From NCBI GenBank assembly GCA_002633005.1, contig NMRA01000398.1, positions 355,944 to 419,943 of the forward strand: DNA of 64,000 nucleotides, written 5' to 3'. Under the pieces are notes generated by a model. The model was not told where the DNA came from. It made no database searches and saw only the letters and a list, made by a program, of their open reading frames with translations. Positions 12,447 to 25,467 of this stretch are shown here, piece after piece (position 1 is the first letter of the stretch; every line of letters begins with the position of its first letter). Origin of the DNA: Phoronis australis. Its lineage: Eukaryota > Animalia > Phoronida. A program made the position numbers and the translations under genes.

Positions 12447-14990
12447 CTTATGGTGATTAGTCTGACTGCGGCGCAGGAACGGATGCTGTTTAGCACGGGT
12501 GCCATTCTCCAGTCCAGTAGGAAAGTTCTGAACCCCAAAATTAACTCTGGATAGGACAGTGAAGTGCATACCACCAAATCCTGGTGACATGGCGTTGATA
12601 TTTGCAACACTAATCTGGTCACATGAGAACGCTGCGAAGGAACGTGGGAGTAACGCATCTTTCATGGAGAGTGCTCTCAATAAAATATCTTGCCCACGTA
12701 AAACCTTTTAGGCATCAGTGTATTTAGCGCCTGTAACTATCACAGTTTAGTCCAGGGCCCGGTATCTAATCTTTGTACTCGAAAAAAACTCGAAACTATT
12801 TTTGGCAATTTCTTTTCTCTTTTTGTGCGAACTTAAGATAATTGGTTATCAGCTCGAATACATTATAGTTTATGCGTAGGAGTCTCTAGTTCAAGTTTGC
12901 CCTTGAAGACCCTTATATTCGTGCTACAAACACGAGTAAAAACTCGAAATTTGGAGTTAAAACTCAAACTTATTGCTTTAATATTGGGTTTACAAACTGT
13001 GAACTAAGGGCAATAAATTATCAACATAAGTTATTGTGTACTCGAGCATAGAATAATAGACACTTATCTTGATTTCGCCCAAAAGTAGAGTAGAAAATGC
13101 CAAACCTATTTTCGAGTTCCATTTCGAGTAAAAAGATTGGAGACCGAGACCAAGTAAGAATTTCGCTTTGAACGTTGACAATGCACTCACCGGACTCTAT
13201 ACCATCTGTCAAAACGTCACCTGCTCAGGAGACAAGTCTTGGGAAAGAATAATGGACTAAAGGCAAACGTGCGTGGTTTGGGCGTGTGTCGAGAATGTAT
13301 AAATCGGAAGTGAGCATTAAATATATAGGGAGTGATTTTATTGCTTCCTTTTGCGCCTTCTAATGGCTTAAGAGTGTTAAAAAGTTAGGTGCAACGCAAC
13401 TATTTAGTCTCAGTTTTTCTTACAGGAGGCATATTTCAAAAAATGGAGCTGTATACCTAAACAGTGTATGTATTTCTCAAGATCAGTCAATTCGGAATGT
13501 TTGGATGTTACATCTAGGAACGGATCCATGATTTTGAGTTCGGGGGGCAGGCAGAGTATCGTCCATGACAGACATTCGCACCCCAGAAGTGCCAAATAGA
13601 ATATGAAAGAATGTTAGGGTTCCCATGATATCGTTACCCCGCTTCAAACCCGTCATTGAGCTCGAATTGGTGAAAGGTTCAGAAGATTTCAACACACTAA
13701 CCTGTATTCAGTCTACAAACACACACCAAAACCTATTAGCATCGGTCAGTGATGACCTGCGCTCACCACCATCCACGGGAGAATGAGTGACACAAAAATA
13801 ATAAATTTCGATTTGGATTATTGCAACTACAAAAGCTGCTCTCAACCCTTGTCAGATGAAAATTGACTTATGGTCTTGAAAATATGTTGGTGAATAGAAT
13901 GACACTCTGTGACAAGTCAAAATATGAAGCCTTGTTCAAAACAGTAGTGTGATCTGTGAGTTTTTTAGAGACCTGGCATTGAACCTTGCTTTGACAGAGG
14001 AACAAATTGAGATCATTTTGATAAGTTAAACAACAAGTGGTCTTACAATTTCTGAGGTGACGAAACTTGGTTAATAGAGAATTGAGAGTGCGTCATTGTT
14101 GAGAACGTTTATTTCAAGTTGATCTGTCAAATAATTCCAATGCGTTGAAAATTGTCTCTAGTAATGTTGAATTACCAGTTAGAAACACTTCTTGTTTTAG
14201 TAAAGAAAAAGGTGAGACCCTTTTTGTATCAGTGACTGCTCTAACTCAAAAGATAGCTTATTGGACGAATAGACGATGGAACTGCCTCTTTAGGAAAACC
14301 ACTTACAACATCAGCACACATGTATCAGGCGGTCCCTTTGGATATCATATCTAACACCTGACAACTTGTTCCTCAATCGTTCATTCCGTTTCCATAGCAA
14401 TACTAGTGATTTATGCTACCAGATTTCACAGGTCGGCATTTGCAACACCTTCTGAATGTCAGCAGAATAGTGCAATGACTGGACTTTTCCTTGTACTCTA
14501 TGTCAAACTAAAGCTGGCTTGTTAGGCCGAATCGAGGTAAGGAATCCCGCATACGATGTGTTTCCTACTTTCGTTTGTCTTGTGAATGTTGCGTTCGCCA
14601 ATAGGGTCGTCCTGGATTCCACGGCGACACTCGAATGTCGCAATGCCATAAAAATCAGCCAGTTTTCTCCGTTGCATTACTCGATATATTTGTGCTACCG
14701 ATGCCAAAGAAGTATTACTGCTGTGCCTAGGGCTGCTCCGATGTGAGAATGTTTGATAAACTGGATAAATGCCTGTGGGATGTGTAATGCGAAATTCATC
14801 GCCTTCGCGAGATCAATGAGAGACACGAAAATGTGCCTGATTTCCTAAACCAGATCATACAACTTATTATCCCAGGGATAAAGTGTAGTTCAATCGCCTT
14901 GTAATACGGGACGGCCCTATTAGACCACTCTCTGTGTATTTTGCCTGCGTGAACGATTGATATGCGACGTCGTAAGCGAACATCGGAACG
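12447..14990 (-). pseudogene. Second copy of the capsid-like decayed ORF, interrupted by a MITE
   Basis: Near-identical to 8957-10893 over 12447-14777, apart from the 12756-13151 insertion; coding-like sequence continues to about 50 nt from the DEG/ENaC-2 stop codon. Confidence 0.5.
12756..13151. mobile_element. MITE (Harbinger-like ends)
   Basis: Ends GGCCCGGTATCTAATCTTTGTACTCGAAA and TTTCGAGTAAAAAGATTGGAGACCGAGACC are imperfect inverted repeats, flanked by CAG and AAG; the empty site is visible at ~9260 in the other copy. Confidence 0.8.
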
Positions 14991-15043
14991 ATTACGAGAC
15001 AAGGATACATGTACATTTATGAAAACGACAATACATTGCTGGT

Positions 15044-17379
15044 TCATTGTTCAATGTTCTTAGCCTCTCTAACATTGACCAAATTTGCGACTGTGTGGGA
15101 TTTTCGACCACTAATTACTACATTGAATAGGAAAAATAAGGCATCGGTCAATGTCAGAATAGAAACGCCGCACCAAAAACCCAAATGCCCTCCGATCTCT
15201 GACAGCAAGCTCCAATGCCCATTGGGATACTTAGGTACCTCGGTAATCAGTTCGACTTCGTCGTTATTGAAAAAAACGTTCACCTGCGCAAAGTGCTCAT
15301 TAATCAGTTTATTTCTAAATATAAACTCCATACTGTATTTAGACATATGTTTATAGGCAACGGACGAAGTCTTTTTTGCAACAAAATGTCTGTAAAAAGC
15401 CGCTGTTACGTACTTATTGGGCCAACTAAACGCAGACTGGGTTAACTTAAAATTATACTCTTCGCAAGCTTCCTGACAATCACAGTGCTTATTCGACATT
15501 TGTTGGAATTCGTTCTTTGCTTTCAGCATGCAATCTACTTGGTTCGACCACTTTTCGTATGTACAGTTGTGGATAGCTGTTAAGTTACCACAAAACGACA
15601 CTAGAGGATGGTGATGTATTGGCAGGTCTGAATCTTTACAGTGACATCTATCGATCACGTGCGTCTGTTCACACGCCCGTAAACAATTTGCTTTCGAATG
15701 GCGATAGTTTTCGAAAGAAAACTTGTTTTGGGTGCAGTTGGATTCAAATGGAGGACCAAGACGTCTTATTTTGACAGGCTTAACTGCTATGGAGGTGGAA
15801 AGCCCGGCGGCTATTTTGAGGGAATTTTCAGACGGATTTACAAATTCTCCTTCATTATGCACAATCACTCTGAGACCGTGAGAGTTCAGATCTGTCAAAG
15901 TGGAATACGTCGATGTACCATTAATTTGCTGCTCCAAACTTGAGTCAACAGCGTATGAGTAAAGAATCAGCGAAAGTCCGTTCTCGTCTCCAGTTTTTTT
16001 CGTAGCATTGTCATCCATATTCATCGTAAAGCAACGCCCGTAATAGGGACTTAGAAATTCTGTAATTTTACTAGTATTGCACGGGCTGCTGTCGTAAATA
16101 CAGTCAATAACAATATCCTGCATCTTCCATGTGTAATCAGCAGCTCTATCGAGGTTATCGTAAATAAGTGGATATCCTCCATATTTTTTGTTTTTTGTAG
16201 TATACAGTCCACTGGTTCCTGACATACATTCCGTTAAGACACTGAACAGGTTCATGAAAACTGTAGTCAAGTGGCTTTTTGTTGCTGGCGCCGTATTGCA
16301 TACTGAGACACTGGGGAACGGTTTGTGAGCTGTAAATGTCTTTGTCACCGTTTTATGATATGGATATTGGTAATAGTTGGCAAAGGATAGCACTACATTG
16401 ACTGCAGCTGTAGTAAGACTGGCGAGAAGCACTACTACCTACAAAGACAGAATGAGTTAATGCTGTATAAAACTTTATTGACAGAATCATATCCGTTGTA
16501 GTAATATTGCACATGTGTATAGCAAAATCCTGTTGTTCATTCTCTGTTAATTTCAAATACAGGGTACATAGCGTGAGAAAAATGGTTTGCAGAACCACCC
16601 TAAACCGCACGGTTGCAGAGCTATCACTCAAATCAAATCTCCTGCCCGAATTTAAATGTATACATGTGACGAGTTACATACATGTATGTCACAGAAGCAA
16701 CGCAGGTAGTGAACTACATGCATGGTGCATTTAACATTGACAAAACGTGCCAAATGATTTACACTCAGAACTATTGGTCACTGTAGCAATACAGCTGAAG
16801 ACGAGGATTCTCGGAAATTACTTTACTGTGATTGCGTGGATAGCTCTCCCGAGAAAAGTTGAAAACAGCTTATCGATAGGAAACCGGAGACACGCCATTC
16901 TGAAAGCGCAAATCCCACTTCCCCTTAACCCAATATCGCAGTCATAGGAGAAACGTGTTCTGACTGAATGACGCTTTGCAACCTTTAGAGTCATTGTGTG
17001 AATCCTTTGTATATTCCACAGCAGGTCCAAGTGGACCACAAAGATTGTCGCTGTGCAGTCCCACTGTATTAAATCATGAACATACAAGAAAATTAAATTC
17101 TCGAGGAACTGAACGTCTTGTCCTTTGTCTCTGCCATACATGTACTCTATCGTCATATTCCAACAAATTTTATTTCATTTTGTCAGCGCTATCGCGGAAA
17201 TAGCCAGTCAAATATGACAATCGTGCTTTAAAAACAATGAACGCAGGTTGTTACTGATGCGGGCAACTTACCATTCCAATTCGTAACACTTTGTTATAAT
17301 TTTGGTTGAAGATCTGAGACGCCCCGTGACAGGAAGTCGTTCCACAGAGCTCAGGCAAGTGTTTTTCCCTATTCTTCAT
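15044..17379 (-). CDS. DEG/ENaC subunit, paralogue 2; two coding exons, 17379-17272 and 16438-15044 (500 aa)
   Basis: Exon 1 MKNREKHLPELCGTTSCHGASQIFNQNYNKVLRIGM carries the pre-TM1 HG motif and ends at ATG|gtaagt. Phase-0 intron 17271-16439 ends tttgtag|. Exon 2 begins VVVLLASLTTAAVNVVLSF (TM1) and shares all family motifs with paralogue 1. Confidence 0.93.
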
Positions 17380-18779
17380 TTTCGCTCCGTGATCAGTTTG
17401 GCCTCTACTTCTCAGTGTTACTATTGGCCTTTGTTTCTGCCTGTTGCAGATTACATAAAACTTGTCCACGAGTCGAGAGATTAGGTGAAGTGATGAACGG
17501 TATTGGATTTTACGATTGAAACACACTGTTCAAACGTGACATTTAGCGAACCGTAGGCCTAACTTGGGAAATGGGTATTGATGAATTAATGGAATTGTAA
17601 ACAATGTAATAAGGAAACTCCAATTTTTGAAGCAGAGTTGATTCATACGTCAACTACACAGGCTTAGTATATGGCGTCTGTGCGACTGGAGCAGTGTCTG
17701 TTACCAGCCTGCAAACGGGGATAAAATAATCAAAAGCGCGCCTTAACGTTAATAAAATCAAAATTTTATCGAATTTGCTGACGAAATGTGGCGAACAAAT
17801 TTTGACAGAAATTATTTTGCAGCACTCGGGCCCGCAGCCGATCGGACCCTGGGCGGACCGAAACCTGGAACTGGCGAACGGTAAAGCCATGCGGTTGCAA
17901 GCCGTTTTGTAGCAATAAAAGTTTCAAGTCATAAATGCCGTAAAAATACAAAGGTAGTTTCAGACACTTCCATAAATACACGCGATGGTTGGCCCTGTGT
18001 CACACTGCCCCGGCAGCCCTAAGGTTAGCTAGCCTGCCAGCTAGCAGTATGAAGACTATCGTCAAAATATCAAATATAATCAATAGTAGTTGACTGTCAA
18101 ACAAAAAACATTTTAAAAATTATTTCAACAATTTTTTAGCTTAGTGTAAGATCACCTGAATGGGGAATTCATAGTAAAATAATTCGAAAATACCTTATTT
18201 TTGCATTAAAATGGAACAAAGTTCCTTTTTGTAGCAATGTTTGTCACAATCAGTCAACGCTAAATCTTCGCAAATTACGAAGTAGCTGTTGAACATGCTT
18301 TTCAGTTCAGTAAAGGTCTCCATGTTGTCGGTGCCGCTAGAAATGAGTCCAACGAGAATTGGGAGCACATCTATCACTTAATAAGTAACAACTGCAAGGC
18401 AGGAATTTGGTGAAAACTGTTGAATAGTAAGTAAAGATATATCTCTTTAAACTTCACCATAAATTGTTGGCGAAAACAATTTACACAAAGTTTTAAACTC
18501 GTAACTTATACCGCTGTCGTCCAAGACGGCCGACCCGATTCAAAGTGACGTAAATTTCGCCAAAAAATTGCAATAACTGTGCACTGCTTGTCCGATTTTG
18601 ATACTTTTTTATTTATACTGAGTAGGATGCATTATCTTTCCGATGAAAGCAAAGTACTTTTTCAAAACGAAAAAAATTGGTTCGACCGCTCTACCAATGC
18701 TATTTTAACATAATAAACAAAAGTACGCGTAACATTTCAAAAAAATTTAACGACCACTAACTACGAAGTATAAATACAT

Positions 18780-18859
<80 letters not shown>
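18780..18859. repeat. (AT)n microsatellite
   Basis: Run of AT dinucleotides with few interruptions. Confidence 0.95.
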
Positions 18860-19747
18860 CAAACGAATCGCGAGATATTACTAATAAAAGAATATAATGA
18901 AGACATTTCGAGCAAGAGATGGAACATTCAGTTACAAGGAAAAAATGGCGGCGTTCAGGATAAGTTCCTGAACTGACGAGCCGAAAATGTGGGTACGGAA
19001 ATAACCGATGACTTACGATAATTATCTGCTCACAGAGAAGGATCAAATACAGGTAAAAAACGCTTGTGGCGCGAAAGGCGAAAAGAATATAACAAAAGGG
19101 TATCGAAAATAAGATTTTATTCATTAAGTATTTATGGATAATGGACACACATTGACATTTTAACATAAGGACTTTAAGCCTCATTGATGAGGTATTTTTG
19201 TGCTTTTGTGTGAATGTGTCGGTATGCCTGTAATTAAGATCGTTTATTATCGAATCTATTATGTTGCAATACATAAAAATCGTCTTTTGCTATTCCAATA
19301 TCTGTCAGTAATAATCGTGTTCATATTTTTTGTTATTATATTTGTTATTCTGCCTGCATATACTGTTTTGTGGACAATATTCTTTTAATTTCCTGTGTTA
19401 CTTTTAGGTTGAAATAAACGGTATTGTAAAGAAAACAAGCCTCGGCGCAAGCGACAAATTACAAAATATGAGCATAATTTACTCTTTGCACATCATAATT
19501 ACCATTTGTCTGATCAATTTTCCAAACATAGGTCATCTTATGACTATCGTCGTAACAGAGGTTATGTTTTTGTCTTTGTTTGAAGATGTGTGTGCTCGTA
19601 TCCCGGGGGTCACTCCTTGACATCTGCGTGGCACCTGTATGCGTGCTCAAGAATTGTGAGTGACTCCCCCAATCGGGTTCCATTTCACTGANGGAGTATA
19701 GTGGCTATTTCTGTTGCGCTACAGTATAATTCTTTTGAATTTTTAAG

Positions 19748-22700
19748 ATAAAATGCTACTAAAAACCTGATGTCTGATTCATTAAATTTTTGCGCATAGT
19801 CCACAACCACTGCATTTTTAGCGCGACTCTCCCACGTTTAAACTCAGCGCAAACAAACTTGTGTTGTTTAAACACGTACCAGTTTGAAAGTTTCGTTCTA
19901 AAAACAGCTATTAATGTTTTGTGTCTCAAGAGCAAGATTTGTTCATATGCACCTGAAGATAAGCACGTCAAGTAACCAATCACCGTTATTTTATTTCCGA
20001 ATAATTACGTAATAAAATTGTCAATAAGCCCATACAATGAAATATAAAATTACTATTACAAAGTTAATGCGTAATTTTAACTACCATTGAAATTCAAATA
20101 TAAAAGCGATAAGGATTCTGACGCTGAAGCAATCAGTGATCTCTACTCAGTTCTTTGAATCAATGCGTTATGTACATTGTATCAGAGAGAGTACAGTTCC
20201 TGACAAGACTTTACAGAACTTAGAATAAATTGAACAGTTAATTCTGGAGATGTATCTGCACACCAATATTCGGAAGCTGAGTATGCAGAAAATGTTTCTG
20301 ATGCTGAAATTAATATTCAAATTTTAAACATTTCTTTGACTATTAAATGGGAATCATATTATATACGTCCGGAAAATCCATTTGGGGATTAATGCTAAAT
20401 AAGGTAGACTTATTCAAGTTATCAAGCTTTATCACAGCTGTATATAGAATTAAAGTCAGTTGTTTTTGTGGATACATTTCAAATCGTCAATTTTCCCCAT
20501 TGTCTGTCAGACATTCTCTGAAATTAAGGTCTTTGGTCAATTACGATTTACAGTAAATAGTCAGACACACAGTGAGGTGGACTAAGGCTAGTAAGTAGAG
20601 CAGTAGGCTGTGACACCAGCATCCGATTGTAATCCATCCTTGGGCTGATCTCATAAAAATACTTTCTACGCCTATAGGTGTCGCTTTATAGCGCCAGTAA
20701 TAATGGTATAGAACATCGGTGGTGCACAAAAATGTAAAAGCACTGGAAATTAGAAATGGTAACGTGCATCTACGAGCTGATCAAATTCTTTTAACCTTAT
20801 TCTTTTGGCAAAGCGAGAGCATTCTTCATATGTGCCAAGTGGCAGAATACAACAATATTTGCTGAGTATTATTAAGTAAATAGTTGTTATAAATTCGTGT
20901 TGCCTGTATACTGGAAAACCTGCTCCGGCTTATGAGACAACAACACCTTTTCTAAGTCGCTAATAAACTATAAATGTTTATATCCTTACACAATGTATGT
21001 GGTAAATATCAGACGAAGGAGTCAACGCCATTCTCCACTAAACTTTGAACTGATTACTGCGATATCGTGAAAATAAAGCAGGCGTGCATAATATGCGTTT
21101 TGGTAAAACAAGCGTAAGCCCGAATCAATCCCAGAGTTAACTGAACGCCCGGAAAGTATGACGTTCCATAAACAGCAGGACGCAAACCAGACCTCGCGTG
21201 CATCAACTTTGATGGATTTACACTTTGACGGAATTATTGGGATGTTTAGTCAAAGTTCTGTTAACATAAATTACGATATGTGTTGAACTCTTGCCGGAAT
21301 TTCGTAAGACGTAATTTTGCGTAGGTGCTAAATGTTAATTTATGAAAGGACCCGTGATTTCGACAACAGCTGTTGAGATTTAATCGGGGTTTAATGGGAA
21401 TTAACTCGTATTCTAGTCATAAAGGAGGGGATTTTTAGTTTTGTATTTTGAAATTCTAGAATTCTGGCACTGTACATTGTATATAATGTGGTAAGATAAC
21501 TCTTTGCAAGTTAATGTGATTTCATTTTTCGTGCATCGGGACGATTTTTTAAAACTAAACTACCTAAAATGCAAATTATACATAAGTGATGTTACCACAC
21601 AAAACAAGTTTCAAATCTCTCCACAGCATTATCCAGGAAATCGATGTGTAAAACCAAGTAAAAAATTAACGATGTTGGCAACCCAACTCCGGGCTGATTC
21701 ATTTCAATATAATTATGCCGAAAACTCAGTTCAATCTGATGGCCGAAAGCAATGTGACATTAAGACAAGGACAGTTGCGAGACTAACTTGTCAGTGGTAA
21801 TAAGCAAGTTTTATGTTATTTATGTTAAGCCGTGAATAGGGGACAAATATCCTATTGTTGAGTAGCTTACGAACAGAAGAAATTTGAAAATAAAAACAGA
21901 GACGCGATTCGTATCCAAGTCAACGTTTCGGTTTATTAGTGTTAAGTATCAGTCCACGGATCCACCGACCACTGTACAGCCAACAAGCGGCAAGGTGGGG
22001 GGTCAACCATTCAGATCCATGTTTAGTCTGATAAATCACATTAGGGATGAGAGAAAATGGGTAAAGTATGACACCACAAAGTTTGGTGGTTTAGGAGATA
22101 CAAGGGAAGTGTTCTGGGGGGCAAAATGAGGCAATTTCTTGGTGTGGAATGAGTCATATTTGACCAAATTTTCCACTNNNNNNNNNNNNNNNNNNNNNNN
22201 NNNNNNNNNNNNNNNNNNNNNNNNNNNNNNNNNNNNNNNNNNNNNNNNNNNNNNNNNNNNNNNNNNNNNNNNNNNNNNNNNNNNNNNNNNNNNNNNNNNN
22301 NNNNNNNNNNNNNNNNNNNNNNNNNNNNNNNNNNNNNNNNNNNNNNNNNNNNNNNNNNNNNNNNNNNNNNNNNNNNNNNNNNNNNNNNNNNNNNNNNNNN
22401 NNNATAAAATGCTACTAAAAACCTGATGTCTGATTCATTAAATTTTTGCGCATACATGTAGTCCACAGGACTTACAACCACTGCATTTTTAGCGCGACTC
22501 TCCCACGTTTAAACTCAGCGCAAACAAACTTGTGTTGTTTAAACACGTACCAGTTTGCAAGTTTCTTTCTAAAAACAGCAATAAATGTTTTGGGTCTCAA
22601 GAGCAAAATTTGTTCATATGCTCCTGAAGATAAACACGTCAAGTAACCGAACACCGTTATTTTATTTCCGAATAATTACGTAATAAATTTGTCAATAAGC

Positions 22701-24575
22701 CCATACAATCAAATATAAAATTACTTTTACAAATTTAATGCGTAATTTTAACTACCATTGAAATTCAAATATAAAAGCGATAAGGGTTCTGACGCTGAAG
22801 CAATCAGTGATCTCTACTTAATTCATTGAATCAATGCGTTATGTACATTGTATCAGAGAGAGTACAGTTCCTGACAAGACTTTACAGAACTTAGAATAAA
22901 TTGAACAGTTAATTCTGGAGATGTACATGTATCTGCACACCAATATTCGGACGCTGAGCATGTAGAAAATGTTTCTGATGCTGAAATTAATATCAAAACA
23001 GCAAACTTTTCTTTGACACCTAAATGGGTCTCATAGGTTTTACGTCCGCAAAGTCCATTTTGTAGATTAATGCTATATAAGATATACAGCAATAAAGTCA
23101 GTTGTTTTTTGTGGTTATATTTTAAATCGTCAATTTTCCCCATTGTCTGTCAGACGTTCTCTGAAATTAAGGTCTTTTGTCAATTACGATTTACAGTAAA
23201 TAGTCAGACACACAGTGAGGTGAACTAAGGCTAGTAAGTAGAGCAGTAGGCTGTGACACCAGCATCCGATTGTAATTCATCCTTGGGCTGATCTCATAAA
23301 AATACTTTCTACGCCTATATGTGTCACTTTATAGCGCTAGTAATAATGGTATAGAACATCGGTGGTGCACAAAAATGTAAAAGTACTGGAAATTAGAAAT
23401 GGTAACGTGCATCTACGAGCTGATCAAATTCTTTTAACCTTATTCTCTTGGCAAAGCGAGAGCATTCTTCACATGTGCCAAGAGGCAGAACACAACAATA
23501 TTTGCTGAGTATTAATAAGTAAATAGTTGTTATGAATTCGTGTTGTCTGTATACTGGAAAACCTCCACCGGCTTATGAGACAACAACACCTTTGCTAAGT
23601 GGCTAATAAACTATAAATGTTTATATCCTTACACACCGTATGCGGTAAATATCAGACAAAGGAGTCATCGTCATTCCACTAAAACTGATTACTGCGATGT
23701 CGTGGAAATAAAGCAGGCGTGCATAATATGAGTTTTGGTAAAACAAGCGTAAGCCGGAATCAATCCCAGAGTTAACAGAACGCCCGGAAAGTATGGCGTG
23801 TCCGAAAACAGCAGGACGCAAACCAGACCTCGCGTGCATCAACTTTGATGGATTTACACTTTGACGGAATTATTGGTATGTTTAGTCAAAGTTCTGTTAA
23901 CATAAATTACGATATGTGTTGAACTCTTGCCGGAATTTCGTAAGACGTAATTTTGCCTAGGTGCTAAATGTTAATTTATGAAAGTACCTGTGATTTCGAC
24001 AACAGCTGTTGAGATTTAATCGGGGTTTAGAGGGAATTAACTCGTATTCTAGTCATAAAGGAGGGGATTTTTAGTTTTGTGTTTTGAAATTCTAGAATTC
24101 TGGCACTGTACATTGTATATAATGTGGTAAGATAACTCTGTGCAAGTTAATGCGATTTCATTTTTCGTGCATCGGGACGATTCTTTAAAACTAAACTACC
24201 TAAAATGCAAATTATACATAAGTGATGTCACCACACAAAGCAAGTTTCAAATCTCTCCATAGCATTATCCAGGAAATCGATGTGTAAAACCAAGTAAAAA
24301 TCAACGATGTTGGCAACCCAACTCCGGGCTGATTCATTTCAATATATGCCGAAAACTCAATTCAATCTTATGGCCGAAAGCAAAGTGACATTAAGACAAG
24401 GACAGTTGCGAGACTAACTTGTCAGTGGTAATAAGCAAGTTTTATGTTATTTATGCTTAGGCCGTGAATAGGGGACAAATATCCTATTGTTGAGTAGCTC
24501 ACGAACAGAAGAAATTTGAAAATAAAAACAGAGACGCGATTCATATCCAAGTCAACGTTTCGGTTTATTAGTGTT
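19748..24575 (+). repeat. ~2.2 kb tandem duplication (19748-21945 and 22404-24575) flanking the N gap
   Basis: Both copies start ataaaatgctactaaaaacctgatg and end cggtttattagtgtta; they differ by small indels and substitutions. Confidence 0.9.
22178..22403. other. Assembly gap (226 N); single-n joins also at 10894, 19692 and 63287
   Basis: Direct observation. Confidence 0.99.
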
Positions 24576-25467
24576 ATTAACAAGCTGGATCAGACTTTAG
24601 ATTTTGGAACTGGCTTCCAAATTTTGAAAAAAATACCACGGAGATTTTGTCATTGATCCGAGATATCATTTCACCTCATCTAAGTAATGGAGAAAGAATT
24701 CATGAATTTAGTAACAGGTATGACGAGCAATACGGCGGGCTAGCAAGGTCTAAATTCATGCGCGCTGTGTTATTTTATCAAAGGTCACACGGACGTAGCA
24801 CGTTCTTGCAAACCCGACGTTGAGATTTCACAGCCATACATGTAAGATTGAAAGTGATTTTAAGTTGGCACTTTTCCTATTCAAACGTAATTGGGTCCCT
24901 AATTAATTTGATAAGCGTTGCATCCCCGATAAATTATTCATTTACACAAAATATTGATGTAACAGGTCAAATTCATTCAGTAGCTTCCAAAATAAATTGA
25001 ATCTGTCAATTTCGAGTTTCCGCTCACAAAAATAACCCTTCATATTCGACTAGAATAGGTCTCAATTCTATCTAAACGTTCACATATTTTCGACAGGTGG
25101 TGCTCCACCCACGTTGTGATGTTGAAATAGGACAACTCCCAGTGCAAAGCCAACTAAAACAAAACGTTGATTTATTTCGACAAAAACGCAACTTAACTGC
25201 AAAATCTGTGTAGTTAACTTAAGGAATTGCTAAGAAGTAACTTCGTTTTCTTCTAATATTTATTCAGAATGGATGAAAACTGAGACCGTGATTTGTAGAT
25301 TTTAAAGCAAACATACTTTGACCAGCATGCACGTGGCAATACTTGAACGATTTACTAATTTATTTAAGAAATATTAATTTTTTGATGACGTCCGTTATTT
25401 GTTTAGAAACAGGCTTACAATAACTCAAATAACAACAGTACATGTATGTCATGACGTTCGGGCGTGC

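Noticed and set aside
15009-15943. Plus-strand ORFs overlapping DEG/ENaC-2, and alternative-frame or antisense ORFs over the TLDc exons
   Set aside because: Shadows of the real coding exons.
17990-18695. Probable DNA-transposon ends (ggccctgtgtcacactg; aaaaaattggttcgaccgctc)
   Set aside because: Matching opposite ends and TSDs could not be identified, so no element call was made.
18747-19274. 175-aa ORF
   Set aside because: It runs through the (AT)n microsatellite (YIYIYI) and AT-rich repeat sequence; spurious.
22041-22481. ORFs spanning the N gap
   Set aside because: Artefact of ambiguous bases.
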